Source: Eledone cirrhosa (lineage: Eukaryota). From it: a stretch of 64,000 nucleotides of DNA. Of this stretch, positions 16,460-38,518 are shown in pieces. The notes below the pieces were generated by a model. That model did no database searches. It saw nothing but the letters and a program-made list of their open reading frames with translations, and was not told the origin of the DNA. Position numbers and translations under genes: made by a program. Within the stretch, counting starts at the first letter, position 1; each line of letters opens with the position of its first letter. The stretch lies in the NCBI GenBank assembly GCA_964016885.1, contig OZ024743.1:45446001-45510000 (forward strand). The letters are read 5' to 3'.

Positions 16460-17525
16460 TTTTTCAGTTATAATATAAAGCGCTCAACAGTATTGGAGCA
16501 AGATATATGCAAAGTTTTATTTAAATTGTTGGGTTACAACGAGTAAATATTTATAACTGATATAAAAGCACTCAACAAGTATTTGGAGTATATTTACGAT
16601 ATTAAATAAATGGAAACTATATTTATAAAACCATATTTATTTCATTATATATATTTCAGGGATATCATATTAAAAATATGGTATGCCTTCTTCAGACAAA
16701 ATACAATATAAACATATCTCAGTTTTTTAACTCAGTTTTTTATCTGTTCTGATATAAACCTAGGAATTTTAAACTAGACATATGATCATTATTTTTCACA
16801 CATTATTGATACGTGTCTCATTCATGAATACTGATATTTACATTATAATACCTAATTCATACGAATTGATATTTTTAGATTGCTGAAACATAATGTTTTA
16901 AATCTGCCTCGTTTATCTCTGGATATTTTTCTTTTCTCTCTATGTAACGGCTGTTTTCTCTCCTAACCACATATATCTCTCTCTACCTTAATACTAGAAC
17001 TAAATAAATAAATAAATAAATAAATATATCATTGATACGTCATTCAACTGGTGCCCAACTACCTATTTTCTTTCTCTCTATCTCTATCTATATCTATCTC
17101 TCTCTATTTTTTCTCTCTCTCTCTTCTCTCTCTCTCTCTCTATCTATCTCCCTCTGTGTTTTTTTCTCTATCTATCTCTCTCTGTTTTTTTCTTTACATG
17201 AATTTCTTCTCTCTATCTCTCTATATCTATCTCTCTCTGTTTTTCGTTGCATGCATTTCTTCTTTTTCTTCGCTTTCTTTCTTTCTTTCTTTTTATAACT
17301 GTCCCTAACATTTTTCACTACCAAATCAACTTTTTAAATGGAAGTTGAAGTTGTAAGGTATGTCAAATCTATCTATTTATAAGACTGTTTATATTGTATT
17401 TTGTCTGAAGAAGGCATACCATATTTTTAAAATGATATCCCTGAAATATATATAATGAAATAAATATGGTTTTATAAATATAGTTTCCATTTATTTAATA
17501 TCGTATATATATATATATATATTTA

Positions 17526-17568
<43 letters not shown>

Positions 17569-17579
17569 TTATTTATTAT

Positions 17580-17802
17580 TTATTAAAATAACAGATTAAA
17601 GTTTAAGCAAAGAATCGCTGCTTTCAACCTTAACGGGATATTCAGAAGGTTCTGTTAACGGTGAAAGCATCGATTAATATGCTTAAACTTTAATCTGTTA
17701 TTTTAATAATTATTTGCTCTAGGATTTTTATATATTTGATATATATTTATCCTTATCGGGCCGTCTTTGGATTTTAGTCTTCACATTTATTATTATTACT
17801 AT
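17580..17802. mobile_element. PLE family A pLTR foldback fragment
   Basis: Two inverted copies of the HHR-containing terminus. Confidence 0.8.
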
Positions 17803-17829
17803 ACATATATATATATATGTATACTAAAC

Positions 17830-17946
<117 letters not shown>

Positions 17947-17959
17947 TATACATATATAA

Positions 17960-17992
<33 letters not shown>

Positions 17993-18101
17993 AATATATA
18001 CATATATATATATATATACATATAACGAAGGAAATGTGGTAAGGAACCATGTGGACCGTAACGCACCAAAGTACTCAATACTTAGGGTAGTAGAGTGGGT
18101 A

Positions 18102-18228
18102 ATAGGAATGAGTAGGACCCCGAGGGCTGAGCTCAAGCCGTCTAGACGGTTAATTCTTGAATAAATGTAGTCCAGAATTAGCCGACGAAACGGCTTGAGC
18201 TCAGCCGTCGGGGTCCTACTCGTTCCTA
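18102..18228. repeat. GC-rich ~125 bp hairpin in (TA)n containing the 3' half of an HHR
   Basis: taggaatgagtaggacccc...agccgt / acggct...ggggtcctactcgttccta; gac GAAA cggct-tgagctc-agccg TC. Confidence 0.65.
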
Positions 18229-18301
18229 TATATACATATATAAATATATACATATATACATATATACATATATATATATATATACATATATAAATATATA
18301 C

Positions 18302-18388
<87 letters not shown>

Positions 18389-18475
18389 TATATACATATA
18401 TATATATATATATGTATATACATATATATGTATATATTGATATATACATATATACATATACGTATATATATATAC

Positions 18476-18525
<50 letters not shown>

Positions 18526-18529
<4 letters not shown>

Positions 18530-18950
18530 ATAATAATAAAATTGAAGACTAAAATCCAAAGAGGGCTCGATAAGGAAAATATATATCAAATATATAAGAA
18601 CCGTAGGGCAAATATTTATTAAAATAACAGATTAAAGTTTAAGCAAGGAATCGCTGCTTTCACCCTTAACGGGATCTTCTGAAACTAACAAAGTCAATCT
18701 GTAAACGCAGAACTGGATATTTCAAAAAACGTTGCAGCCGGAGGAAGACAGGAAGACGATACTTTGGTTCGTGTGCCAGCGAACGTTACCACGAACCAAA
18801 GTATCGTCTTCCTGTCTGCCTCCGGCTGCAACGTTTTTTGAAATATCCAGTTCTGCGTTTACAGATTGACTTTGTTAGTTTCAGAAGATCCCGTTGAGGG
18901 TAAAAGCAGCGATTCTTTGCTTAAACTTTAATCTTTTATTTTAATAAATA
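18526..18950. mobile_element. PLE family A pLTR foldback (two inverted HHR-like motifs)
   Basis: 18610-18773 is the reverse complement of 18790-18950. Confidence 0.88.
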
Positions 18951-19004
<54 letters not shown>

Positions 19005-19087
19005 ATATATAAGATCAAAAGATGGTTAAATGAGTTCCATATATTTTAATATGCGCATTTCAAAAACAAATAAAACTCACCTCCTAC

Positions 19088-19134
<47 letters not shown>

Positions 19135-19169
19135 CATATATTCAACTTTTCAAATACAATGTCGATGTT

Positions 19170-19322
19170 GTACGGTATGTCAAATCTATTTATCTATAAA
19201 ACTGTTTATATTGTATTTTGTCTGAGGAAGGCATAGCATATTGTTAATATGATATCCCTGAAATATATATAATGAAATAGATATGGTTTTATAAATATAG
19301 TTTCCATTTATTTAATATCGTA
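19170..19322 (+). mobile_element. PLE family C pLTR fragment
   Basis: Matches ~17350-17505. Confidence 0.8.
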
Positions 19323-19646
19323 TATACATATATATATATTTATAGAGTAATATATACATATATATATATATAGATATATAAATATATACATATATATGTA
19401 TATATACATATGAAAATATATACATATATAAATATATAGATATATATATACATATATATATATATATATGTATATATTTATATATGTATATATTTATATA
19501 TACATATATATATATATGTATATTTTTATATATGTATATATTTATATATACATATATATATATGTATATACTTATATATGTATATATTTATATATACACA
19601 TATATATATATGTATATATTTATATATGTATATATATATATATTTA

Positions 19647-19696
<50 letters not shown>

Positions 19697-19819
19697 TATA
19701 TAAATATATACATATATATATATACATATATATATATATACATATATATATATACATATATATATATATACATATATATATATACATATATATATATATA
19801 CATATATATATTTATACAA

Positions 19820-19870
<51 letters not shown>

Positions 19871-19908
19871 CATATATATATATACATATATATATACATA
19901 TATATATA

Positions 19909-19971
<63 letters not shown>

Positions 19972-19983
19972 GTATATATATAC

Positions 19984-20050
<67 letters not shown>

Positions 20051-20103
20051 ATTATATATGTATATATATATGTATATATAAACATATATATATATATATG
20101 TAC

Positions 20104-20134
<31 letters not shown>

Positions 20135-20145
20135 TAAATATATAC

Positions 20146-20201
<56 letters not shown>

Positions 20202-20219
20202 TATGTATATACATATATA

Positions 20220-20316
<97 letters not shown>

Positions 20317-20317
20317 G

Positions 20318-20935
20318 TAAATATCTTTAAGTCATTTGGAAGCCTCGACAATGCAAATGGGTAAATCTCGGAGTAACAAGATCCGGTGGTGGAGAGAGAG
20401 ATGTAGGTGGGTGTACGTTGAGATGGGTGGGGTGTATAAGACGTGTAGAGGAATGAAGTAAAGAGTATAAAGGACAACATAAAAATAACAACACGACAGA
20501 GAGTTACCTTGGGAGAGATTCAATTGTCCCTATATATTTCGGATTCACATCCATCAACTGGGGTTTTTTTCCGGGGTGGGAGAAAGGTTGTCGGACAGAA
20601 AGGTGCGAAACGCATGCTCCGCTGTTTGTTGTTTTGAATATCTGAGGTATTCAGCAGAGCGCACACGCGGATGTGAATCCGAAATATATTGGGACAATCT
20701 CTCTCGTGTTGTTATTTTGATTTTTTCCTTTATACTCTTTACTTCATTCCTCTACACGTCTTATACACACCACGCATCTCAACGTACACCCACCTACATC
20801 TCTCTCTCCACCACCGGATCTTGTTACCCGGAGATTTATCCATTTGCATACGCGCACCCGCGCTCTGCTGAATACCTCAGATATTCAAAACAACAAACAG
20901 CAGAAAACGCGTTTCGCACCTTTCCGACTGACGCT
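20318..20935. mobile_element. Nested foldback of a further PLE-like terminus, with degenerate HHR (ggat-gtga-atcc GAAATATATA ggg)
   Basis: 20352-20552 is inverted at 20669-20849; 20597-20662 is inverted at 20860-20924. Confidence 0.55.
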
Positions 20936-20936
20936 T

Positions 20937-21580
20937 AAAACAGTATGACTCTAAAAACCGGTTTGTCTGTGTGTTTACATACAGAATAGCTGGACACTCA
21001 CAGTAAAGTGTCCAGTGAAAAACTCGGTACATCTACATATGTACACGTGTGTGTATTCATATGCATACTAGTATTTCAGTATACATATGTGGATGTACAT
21101 TTTTTAACTTAATTGTTTAAGCGTCAGTCATACAAAAGTGAGTTACAAACGAAACGAAATTTAATTTCGTTTCGTTATTTGTTTTTATCGTCTCCGCTGA
21201 ACCGGTACGTACTCACGCTCTATGCAAATTAGTCTGCCCACTACTAATTTTCATAGAAAAAGCATATAACGATATGTGCTTTTACGATTCTCTAGAAAGG
21301 CCGGAAGATAGGTAAATATTGCTGATGAGATGTAACAACATCGAAACTAGTCCAATATTCCTTGTCTGGCTTTCTGGAGAATAGAGGAAAGGTGTTTCCT
21401 CGAAAACCAGTATGACTCTAAAAACCGGTTTGTCTGTGTGTTTACATACAGAATAGCTGGACACTCACAGTAAAGTGTCCAGTGAAAAACTCGGTACATC
21501 TACATATGTACACGTGTGTGTATTCATGTGCATACTAGTATTTCAGTATACATATGTGGATGTACATTTTTTAACTTAAT

Positions 21581-21581
<1 letters not shown>
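20937..21581 (+). mobile_element. 1.4-mer of a ~467 bp non-coding HHR element (sister family of the array; retrozyme-like)
   Basis: 20941-21113 repeats at 21408-21581; HHR at 21315-21359. Confidence 0.8.
21315..21359 (+). ncRNA. Minimal type I hammerhead ribozyme with canonical core, GUC site
   Basis: aatattg CTGATGA gatgt-aaca-acatc GAAAC-TA-GTC caatatt; all stems Watson-Crick. Confidence 0.92.
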
Positions 21582-21627
<46 letters not shown>

Positions 21628-21689
21628 TTATATATGTTTATATATATGTAAATATATATATATATATATACATATATATATAGAGAGAG

Positions 21690-22340
21690 ATTACAATAAT
21701 CAAAGTTCATTTTAAATCATTTATTTGCTTACAATTGTTTCCTCCAAACCGAGGTATGGATTCTTCGGAGCAACTATTTAGTGATCTATAACATACTTGA
21801 CCTCCTTTTCAACACAAGAGACATATAAAACATATGCACATATTGATCCACAGTGGGATGACATCCATCAAAATGATATAGCATGGCAATTTACATATAA
21901 AGGTTAAAGGATAAAAATAAAAATAAAAATGAAAATAAAAATGAAGCATTGGCAGTTTATGAAGATAAAGCAAGAGGAAAGTTTAGAGTAGTCAGTGTAT
22001 GAAACAATCTCACGTGTAGCATGCACGCGTGTCTTATTTATACAGGATTAGAGTGCGTCAGAATGTTATTTGCAGGGTCAGGCAGTTGAAGCAGGCAATC
22101 GATATCATTATGTGGGCTGAATTATTAAATAATTATTTCGCATACACCTGTATGATATACAGTCCCGAATGTAGAGAAACACCAAATATCAAAAATTTCT
22201 AACATATTATAAACCATATTATATCGTAGGCAAAACAGTACCACTGTCATCGCGCACATCACCACTCACATAATCCATGAGACGCAATATATAGACCACG
22301 GCTCTATCATATAATTCACGATGGTTCAGCATATAACCAA
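21690..22340 (-). mobile_element. Element E (PLE-like 3' end) with CCGAAGA-core HHR at 21722-21777
   Basis: Diverged homolog of 31690-32340 (+); ends in (TA)n. Confidence 0.7.
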
Positions 22341-22416
22341 TTTATAAACCGTATCTTGTCGATTCTTAATTAATAGATCATGTTGTTTAGTTTTGTGTGA
22401 TGATATTATATTCCGG

Positions 22417-22690
22417 CTATCATCAGCATCGTATACCCTTCTGTCAGATAGTTGAACGTTCGAAAGTATATACTTTCCTTATGAAAATTAACGGCTGAGC
22501 AGCCTAAATTGCATATCGAGTGAGTTCAGTCGGCCAGGCGTACCGAAAACGATAAGTTGTAATATAATGAAAAGAAATTTAATTTCTCACTCTTAGTACG
22601 GCACTTACTTAAATGTAAGTATGTATGTATACGTACATACATATATGTATACAGACGTACAGTAGCATGCATATATATATATATATACAT
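22417..22690 (-). repeat. Inverted partial monomer heading the HHR array
   Basis: Reverse complement of ~22915-23190; breaks off just after CTGATGAtagc. Confidence 0.92.
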
Positions 22691-22694
22691 ACAG

Positions 22695-27278
<4,584 letters not shown>

Positions 27279-27291
27279 CATATATATATAT

Positions 27292-29143
27292 AGAAGGAAA
27301 TGGTAGTTTACTTGAAGCATTGCGTAGTGAGGTATAAACGTTTGAAGTTAGAAGGCCAGAACAATGCAGGTATGGATATAGAATATAAATACAAATGCAA
27401 AAGATATCGCTGACAATTAGTCTTTTACATTAAATTTATTTGAATATCCTTATATTTCGAGATAATATCACTTCTTCAGAGGGCAGTAAAGGGGTTAATC
27501 CAGTGTTCTAATTAGCTTGCCAAGTCATAGTGACAGGAAATAGTATAGAAATTCCATTCTGTTTCTAACGTCAAAGAGTGAAGGTTAGGTGGATAAAGGG
27601 TTGTCGCCCTTTAAACGTGTTTGGACATGTATGTCTAAGTGTGTGTATGTGTGTGTTAGAGAATGCATGGAGGTGTAAGCATGTGTGTGTGCGTGCGTGT
27701 GTGTGTGAGAGGATATGTTTATATGTAAATGTGGGGACTAGATGCTATATCATGTTAAAACTGGTCTATGTGTGTGTATGTGTGTGTGTGTGAGAGAGAA
27801 TAAGTGGAGGTGTAAGCGTGTTTGTGCGTGTGCGTGTGCGTGTGCGTGTGCGTGTGCGTGTGTGTGTGTGAGAGAGAGGGTACGTGGAGGTGTAAGTGTG
27901 GGGCTAGGTGCTCTATCATGTTAAATATTGGGTGTTGAGTTCTAGTTTGTTATCGATTGGTGGTTGCGTTTTGTCTATAATTAGTGCTTCTTTAATTCTA
28001 AGATTGCCGAGGTTTCTTTCCTTAGCTTCTATCCTAACTATTATGTTTTTGCCGGTGTTTTTGCATTTCACTATGTGTTTCTTAAATGAGGAAGCATTAG
28101 TGTTGAGATGTTCGTTTATTCTAATGTGAAGTGGTCTGGTGGTGCTACCTATGTAGAAATTGCTGCATTTGTCGCACTCTAATCTGTATACGACGTAAGC
28201 CTGGTGACATAGGTCTGTTACGTTAATGGGGAAGTTTGCCAGCGTGCAGCGGCTGTCATGTCTGGTGGAGTGTCTCTTGGTTAGCTGTCCGCGTAGAGAA
28301 GGTCCTGAGTGGGCTAGCTGGATATCTAGTCCCTCTCCTCTGATAGCTCTGCGGATGGATGTTGTAGTTTCGTCACTGAAGTGTGGGAGCTTCAGGAAGC
28401 AGGTGTTAGTGCCTCGGGTGTGGTGTCTTCTGTTGCTTCTGGTACGGTTCGCGGTGGACGTCGGGTATCCGTTCACTTTAAGTACTTCCAGGAAATGTGT
28501 GGTGTATGTGTCGGTCTCTTCGGTCGGTGCATTTGTTCCGGATACGTGTTAGTTCGTTCCTTACGTATCCGAACTTAGCACTGACTGGAAGGGCTGATCT
28601 GAAATGTACGAACAGGTCCCTCCTGGCGGCTTTTCTATAGAAGCAGGTGTGGATATCGCCTTCCTCTGTTACTCTGAGTTGGAAGTCCAATAGGGATAGG
28701 GATCCGCGGTCATCGGGGTGTTCCATGCTGAACTTTATATTGGCGTCCATGCTGGACAATGTCATGAATAGTTTATCCGCTTCTTCATGGGATGATGTAA
28801 GGATGAGTACGTCATCTACATATCGGGTGAAGAAGGTATAGGAATGGCAGGTGTTGAAGGCTCGACATTCCAGCTGGTTCATATAAGTGATGGCCAGCAG
28901 GCCCGATACTCTGGATCCCATGGGTAATCTCGTTGTCTGTCTGTATGTGTGGTGGTGGAAGGTGAAGTACGTGTTGTCCACTGTGAAGGACAAAAGCTGG
29001 TGTATGTCCGTCGGATGGAGGCCGTAGCAGTGGACGTCTTCGGCGACCTCGTAGTCCGTCAATAAATTGACAGCTGGATGAGCGGGGACTATTGTGTAGA
29101 AGGAGACAACGTTGAGGCTAAAGGTGTAACTATTGAGTTTAAG
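27292..29143 (-). mobile_element. 5'-truncated PLE family F (Penelope/Poseidon-like, tentative): RT ~29125-28478, frameshift, GIY-YIG 28476-27916, HHR-like motif 27484-27448
   Basis: SLNVVSFYT.VP, YRQ...LPMGS, RYVDD, LSLLDF, YRK; VVYRLECDKCSNFYIGSTTRPLHIRINEH...KEALII. Confidence 0.92.
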
Positions 29144-29510
29144 TTTTAGACTTAAAACATTGACGTACTAAAGTGAGGGTCATAATTGTGATTCATACAA
29201 GGCTATCAACAAAAAGCAGAACAGATTTTTGGCTCTGAATGCAGAAATGTATCTATAATAGTGCTGTAAATTGAGAGATCTGGCATATGTAAGTCATTTT
29301 ATCTTCATGAAAATTGCCGCAATTAAATAATTAATTTGATTTGAAAATAGAGGGAGAAATGATTCAACTGGCAAGTATTTCCAGTTTCATTAAAAGGATT
29401 TTGACAGAACGTTACTCTCTGTCAACGTATGAAATATAAATAAGAAATGTCATACGGAAGGGCGTCTAAATTACTATAAGGGAATTGCGTATATTTATAT
29501 ATCTGTCCAT
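29144..29510. repeat. Inverted duplicate of 38517-38897
   Basis: Collinear reverse complement with scattered substitutions and one ~14 bp indel. Confidence 0.92.
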
Positions 29511-29615
29511 ATATATATATATATATATATATCCTCTTCCTGCTATATCAAGCGTTAACCTAATATATACCTTGCATATAATGTACCGATTGTTTTGTTA
29601 TTTCTGTTTACCTTT

Positions 29616-29684
<69 letters not shown>

Positions 29685-29685
<1 letters not shown>

Positions 29686-30042
29686 GTAATAATAATACAT
29701 TTGAAGACTAAAATCCAAAGAGGGCTCGATAAGGATAAATATATATCAAATATATAAGAGCAAATATTTATCAAATATATAAGAGCAAATATTTATTAAA
29801 ATAACAGATTAAAGTTTGCGTGTAATTGTTCTCAACGATCCAAATAATTATCGTATTATCTTCGTTTTTTCCCGTTCTTTGCCAGGGAACGTCTCCACGA
29901 ATCAAAGTATCGTCTTCGTGTCTTACTTCGGTTGCAACGTTTTTCGAAATATTTACTTCTGCGTTCACAGATTGAATTTTTTAGTCTCAGAAGATCCCGT
30001 TAAGGGTGAAAGCAGCGATTCTTTGCTTAATCTTTAATCTGT

Positions 30043-30050
<8 letters not shown>
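29685..30050. mobile_element. PLE family A pLTR foldback fragment
   Basis: Same terminal sequences as 18526-18950. Confidence 0.85.
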
Positions 30051-30126
<76 letters not shown>

Positions 30127-30132
30127 ATATAT

Positions 30133-30288
<156 letters not shown>

Positions 30289-30322
30289 ATATATATATAT
30301 TATATTATATATATATATATAT

Positions 30323-30527
<205 letters not shown>

Positions 30528-30566
30528 ATATATATTATATATATATATATATATTATATATATATA

Positions 30567-30621
<55 letters not shown>

Positions 30622-30637
30622 ATATATATATATTATA

Positions 30638-31525
30638 AAGAATTAGTATATCTACCAACATATATATACAGATGCATACCTATGCTAGCAAATATATAGG
30701 TTTTGTCTTAGTAACTTTGTGGTTCAATGTAAGGGGATGCAGAACAATTATATGAAAGACGGAAAATAATAAAATTATAAAAATTTACTTACTAAAATTT
30801 CACTCCAACTAATTAGTTTCTGAAAGGGAATAAACATGGTTTCCGATTGGAACAACATGGAGAAATATCCTTCCGTCATCAGGGAGATCTCTTCTCTTCT
30901 CAGCTAAGTTCTCAGGCAAAGCGTGGACACAGGGAACTTATACAAAAATAATTCAGTGGATGGAAAAAAGTAAGTGAGGATGAAATTCCAGGACATTGAA
31001 AAAATCACTGCCTACTTAGTCGGTGGCGAATTCAAAAGAATCAATCACGTGACATCGAGGTCAATCAGTAAGGAGTGGGGGTGTTAATAAGACAGTAGCC
31101 TGGCTATTACTATGAAGCATAGCAGTAGTTTTGGCAAATTTTTGCTCAACAAAATAATTTGGAGATAATTATAAAGAATTAGTATATCTACTTTTTCCAT
31201 CCACTGAATTATTTTTGTATATGTTCCCTGTGTCCACGCTTTGCCTGGGAACTTAGCTGAGAACAGATCTTCCTGATGACGAAAGGATATTTCTCCATGT
31301 TGTTCCAATCGGAAACCATGTTTATTCCCTTTCAGAAACTAATTAGTTGGAGTGAAATTTTAGTAAGTAAGTAAATTTTTATAATTTTCTTATTTTACGC
31401 CTTTCATATAATTGTACTGCATTCCCTTGCATTGAACCACAGAGTTACTAAGACAAAACCTATATATTTGCTAGCATAGGTATACATCTGTATATATATG
31501 TTGGTAGATATACTAATTCTTTTAT
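30638..31525. mobile_element. Foldback element with ~335 bp inverted arms (30638-30971 / 31190-31522)
   Basis: Arms are reverse complements; starts at a (TA)n junction; CTGATGA at 31273. Confidence 0.7.
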
Positions 31526-31689
31526 AGTTATATATATATTATACCCTAAATAGTGAAAGACAGTAACTTATTACCAGTAAGATAAATAGCTCAATGTAAC
31601 AACATCAGTTGTTTTACAGAACAGTTATATAGAGATTACATCAAACAAAGCTGTGATGTTCTAGCAAGCTGTGATGTTCTAGCATGATT

Positions 31690-32340
31690 CACCAGGCACC
31701 CAATGTTGAATCATCGTGGATTGTGAGATGGACATGCAGTCTATAAATTGCGTTTCCTGGATTGTGAGAGTGGTGGTGTGTACGAGGATAGTGGTGCTGT
31801 TTTGCTTCGCATTTGTAATATTTTTGATGTTTTTGGTGTTTCTCCACACACGGGCTTCATATCGTACAGGTGTGTGTGAATAATGCTTAACTAGTTCAGC
31901 CCCCATGATGCTCTTGATTGCCTGCTTTGACTGCTTGTTTTACTTGTAACAATCTGCCGCACTATAATCTTGTAGAAATAAGACACGCGTGCATGACACA
32001 CGTGTGACTGTTGCATACACTGGCTACTCCAAACTTTCCTTTTGCTTTATCTTAGTAGACTGCCAATGTTTTATTTTAATTTTAATTTTAACTTTAATTT
32101 TATCCTTTAATATGACTGTAATCTTTGTATGTAAATTACCATGCTATATTATTATAATGGATGTCAACCCACTGTGGGTCAATATATATACATATGTTTC
32201 TATATGTCTCTTGTGTTGAAAAAGAGGTCAAGTATGTTAAAAAATCACTGAATAATTGCTCCGAAGACCCCAAACCTCGGTTTGGAAGAAACAATTGTAA
32301 GCAGATAAATGATTTAAACAGAACTTTGTTTCATGTAATC
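31690..32340 (+). mobile_element. Element E, second copy; CCGAAGA-core HHR at 32256-32303
   Basis: ttgct CCGAAGA ...ccaaac-ctcg-gtttgg... GAAAC-AATT-GTA agca. Confidence 0.7.
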
Positions 32341-36380
<4,040 letters not shown>

Positions 36381-38446
36381 TTATTAAAATAACAGATTAA
36401 CGTTTAAGCAAAGAATCGCTGCTTTCACCCTTAACGGGATCTTTTGAAACTAATAAAGTCAAACTGTGAACGCAGAAGTGAATATTTCAAAAAACGTTGC
36501 AACCGGAGGAAGACAAGAAGACTATACTTTGGTTCGTGGAAACGTTCCCTGGCAAAGAACGGGGAAAAACTAATATAATAGGTCATTATTTGGAGCGGGG
36601 AAAAACAATTACACGCAAAGACAAAACCCCGTTTATTGTATAAAAGAGGTCGTAGACTAATATTCCATTAGGTGGTTCATAGAGACGTTCTCTGGCAATG
36701 AACAGAAAAAAACGAAGATATACGTCATATGTGGTGCGGGAGAACAATTGCACGCAAAGACAAAACCAAGTAAATGGTGTAACTGAAGTCGTAGACTAAA
36801 ATTCTAACTAGGAAACCGAATGATTCTCGGCTTCAGAGTTAAGAATAAAGTAAATAAAATACAGAGGTAAATGAAATTAAATAAATACATACACGCATCC
36901 ATACACGTACATACACAAGCATACGTGAAAACACTCGCCATAGGTATAAAAATACACGCACGTACACACACAAAAAAAAACGCACGCACTTACAGAACCC
37001 ACGCAACGCCTGTACCCGCACGCATACGAATGTATACACTAAATACACATAAACATTTATATATAAAATATATATATATGTGTGTGTGTGTATACATATA
37101 ATTAAATAAACGTATATAAATAAATACGTATATAACAAGCGCACACACGTACCTACATGTAAATACACTATGTTTGGAGACGACGTCAACCAAAACACGA
37201 AGTACACATATACACACACCCTACATACGTACGAACCCGCATACTCACACAGACGCAAAACTCGGGCATACACATAACCAAAAGCATATGTACAGGAAAT
37301 ATAATATATACGCCATAACATATACAATCAAGTATACGTACCTGCACAAAACATACAGGTAATATATACTTACCTATACAAATAAGTAATGGTATAAACA
37401 TAACATATACTTAGCTACCACATCAAGACGTAAAATATTCGCGTACTATCCGTTAGGGTATAATGTGGGGCTGTAATACAGTAAAGTTTTGTGCAATTTA
37501 TGTTTACAAGCCGAAATTGCCTCAGATTTTTTGTTTAAGGTGTGGTCTTTGGCGTAGAGTATTTCCAGGGACTCAGCGGCGCAGAGATCACATGGTCTTT
37601 TATTTCCGTTATACGATCTAGCCTAAGCTAGGATCTCCCAGTGTAAATTATATTGGGTGTGGTTCTCTTTTAGACTCCAGATATAAGCTGAAAGTGACGT
37701 CATATTACTTCTTAAAGGGTTAAGAAAAGAATGTGTATGCATGTAAAGACGCTGCTTGAATCTATTGGCGGTTAACCCTATGTAGGCCCTACGGGACGTG
37801 GGTGTTTCAACCTTACATTTGTAGACAATGTTACTAGAGAGTCATTTCACGGATAGGGAGCAGTCAACCCGATTCCTACAATTACAGTTAGTACTAACTA
37901 CAGGGTTGCACGTGTTCCTACGGCTAGGTTGTTTAGCTAAATTTGAAGCTGTTATGTTATGTGCAATGTTAGGAGTCGTATAGTAAGAAATTTTAAACAT
38001 TTTATTCTATTTATGTGTAGGGGGAAAATACTTCATAATAAGGGAGAGAAAGATCTTAGCTAATGGTGTGGCCACCTCCATATTATATGGTGGATTATAC
38101 CATATAATGCGTCGGGATCTATTTCTTCTAGGTCTATTCTCGTACTCTGTATATGCTACCTTATCGACAAATCCACACCGAGCAAGAGCTTCATTGTAAT
38201 ATGTGGAATGGTCGCTGAAAATATGCTCGTTAGTAGATAGACGGGAAAGCCTCAAAGAAACGTTTCTTACCAGGTTCTCGGTTATGCTGGCAGGATGGTT
38301 AGAATGCTTACTTATGTAATTAAGCGTATCATTCGGCTTTCTATACGGGCTTTCTATAAATATTTGCTCTACGGTTCTTATTTATTTGATATATATTTAT
38401 CCTTATCGAGCCCTCTTTGGATTTTAGTCTTCAAATTTATTATTAT

Positions 38447-38450
<4 letters not shown>
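36381..38450 (-). mobile_element. 5'-truncated PLE family A copy (pseudogene ~38300-37447; inverted tip 38357-38450)
   Basis: RLSRLSTNEHIFSDHSTYYNEAL.RCGF...IIWYNPPY; reverse complement of 7873-9686. Confidence 0.92.

Positions 38451-38518
<68 letters not shown>

Larger units (their letters stand above)
12671..17505 (-). mobile_element. Near full-length Penelope-like element, family C: inverted pLTR (16714-17505), partial direct pLTR (16508-16713), ORF, 3' pLTR (12671-13550)
   Basis: 12671-12877 = 16508-16713 (direct); 16717-17505 = reverse complement of ~12759-13550; (TA)n on both sides. Confidence 0.95.

Noticed and set aside
31261-31330. CTGATGA...GAAAC as another hammerhead
   Set aside because: A stem II can be drawn but no convincing stem I.
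31679-31906. Antisense ORF in element E
   Set aside because: Frame is not maintained in the homologous copy at 21690-22340; no recognisable motif.
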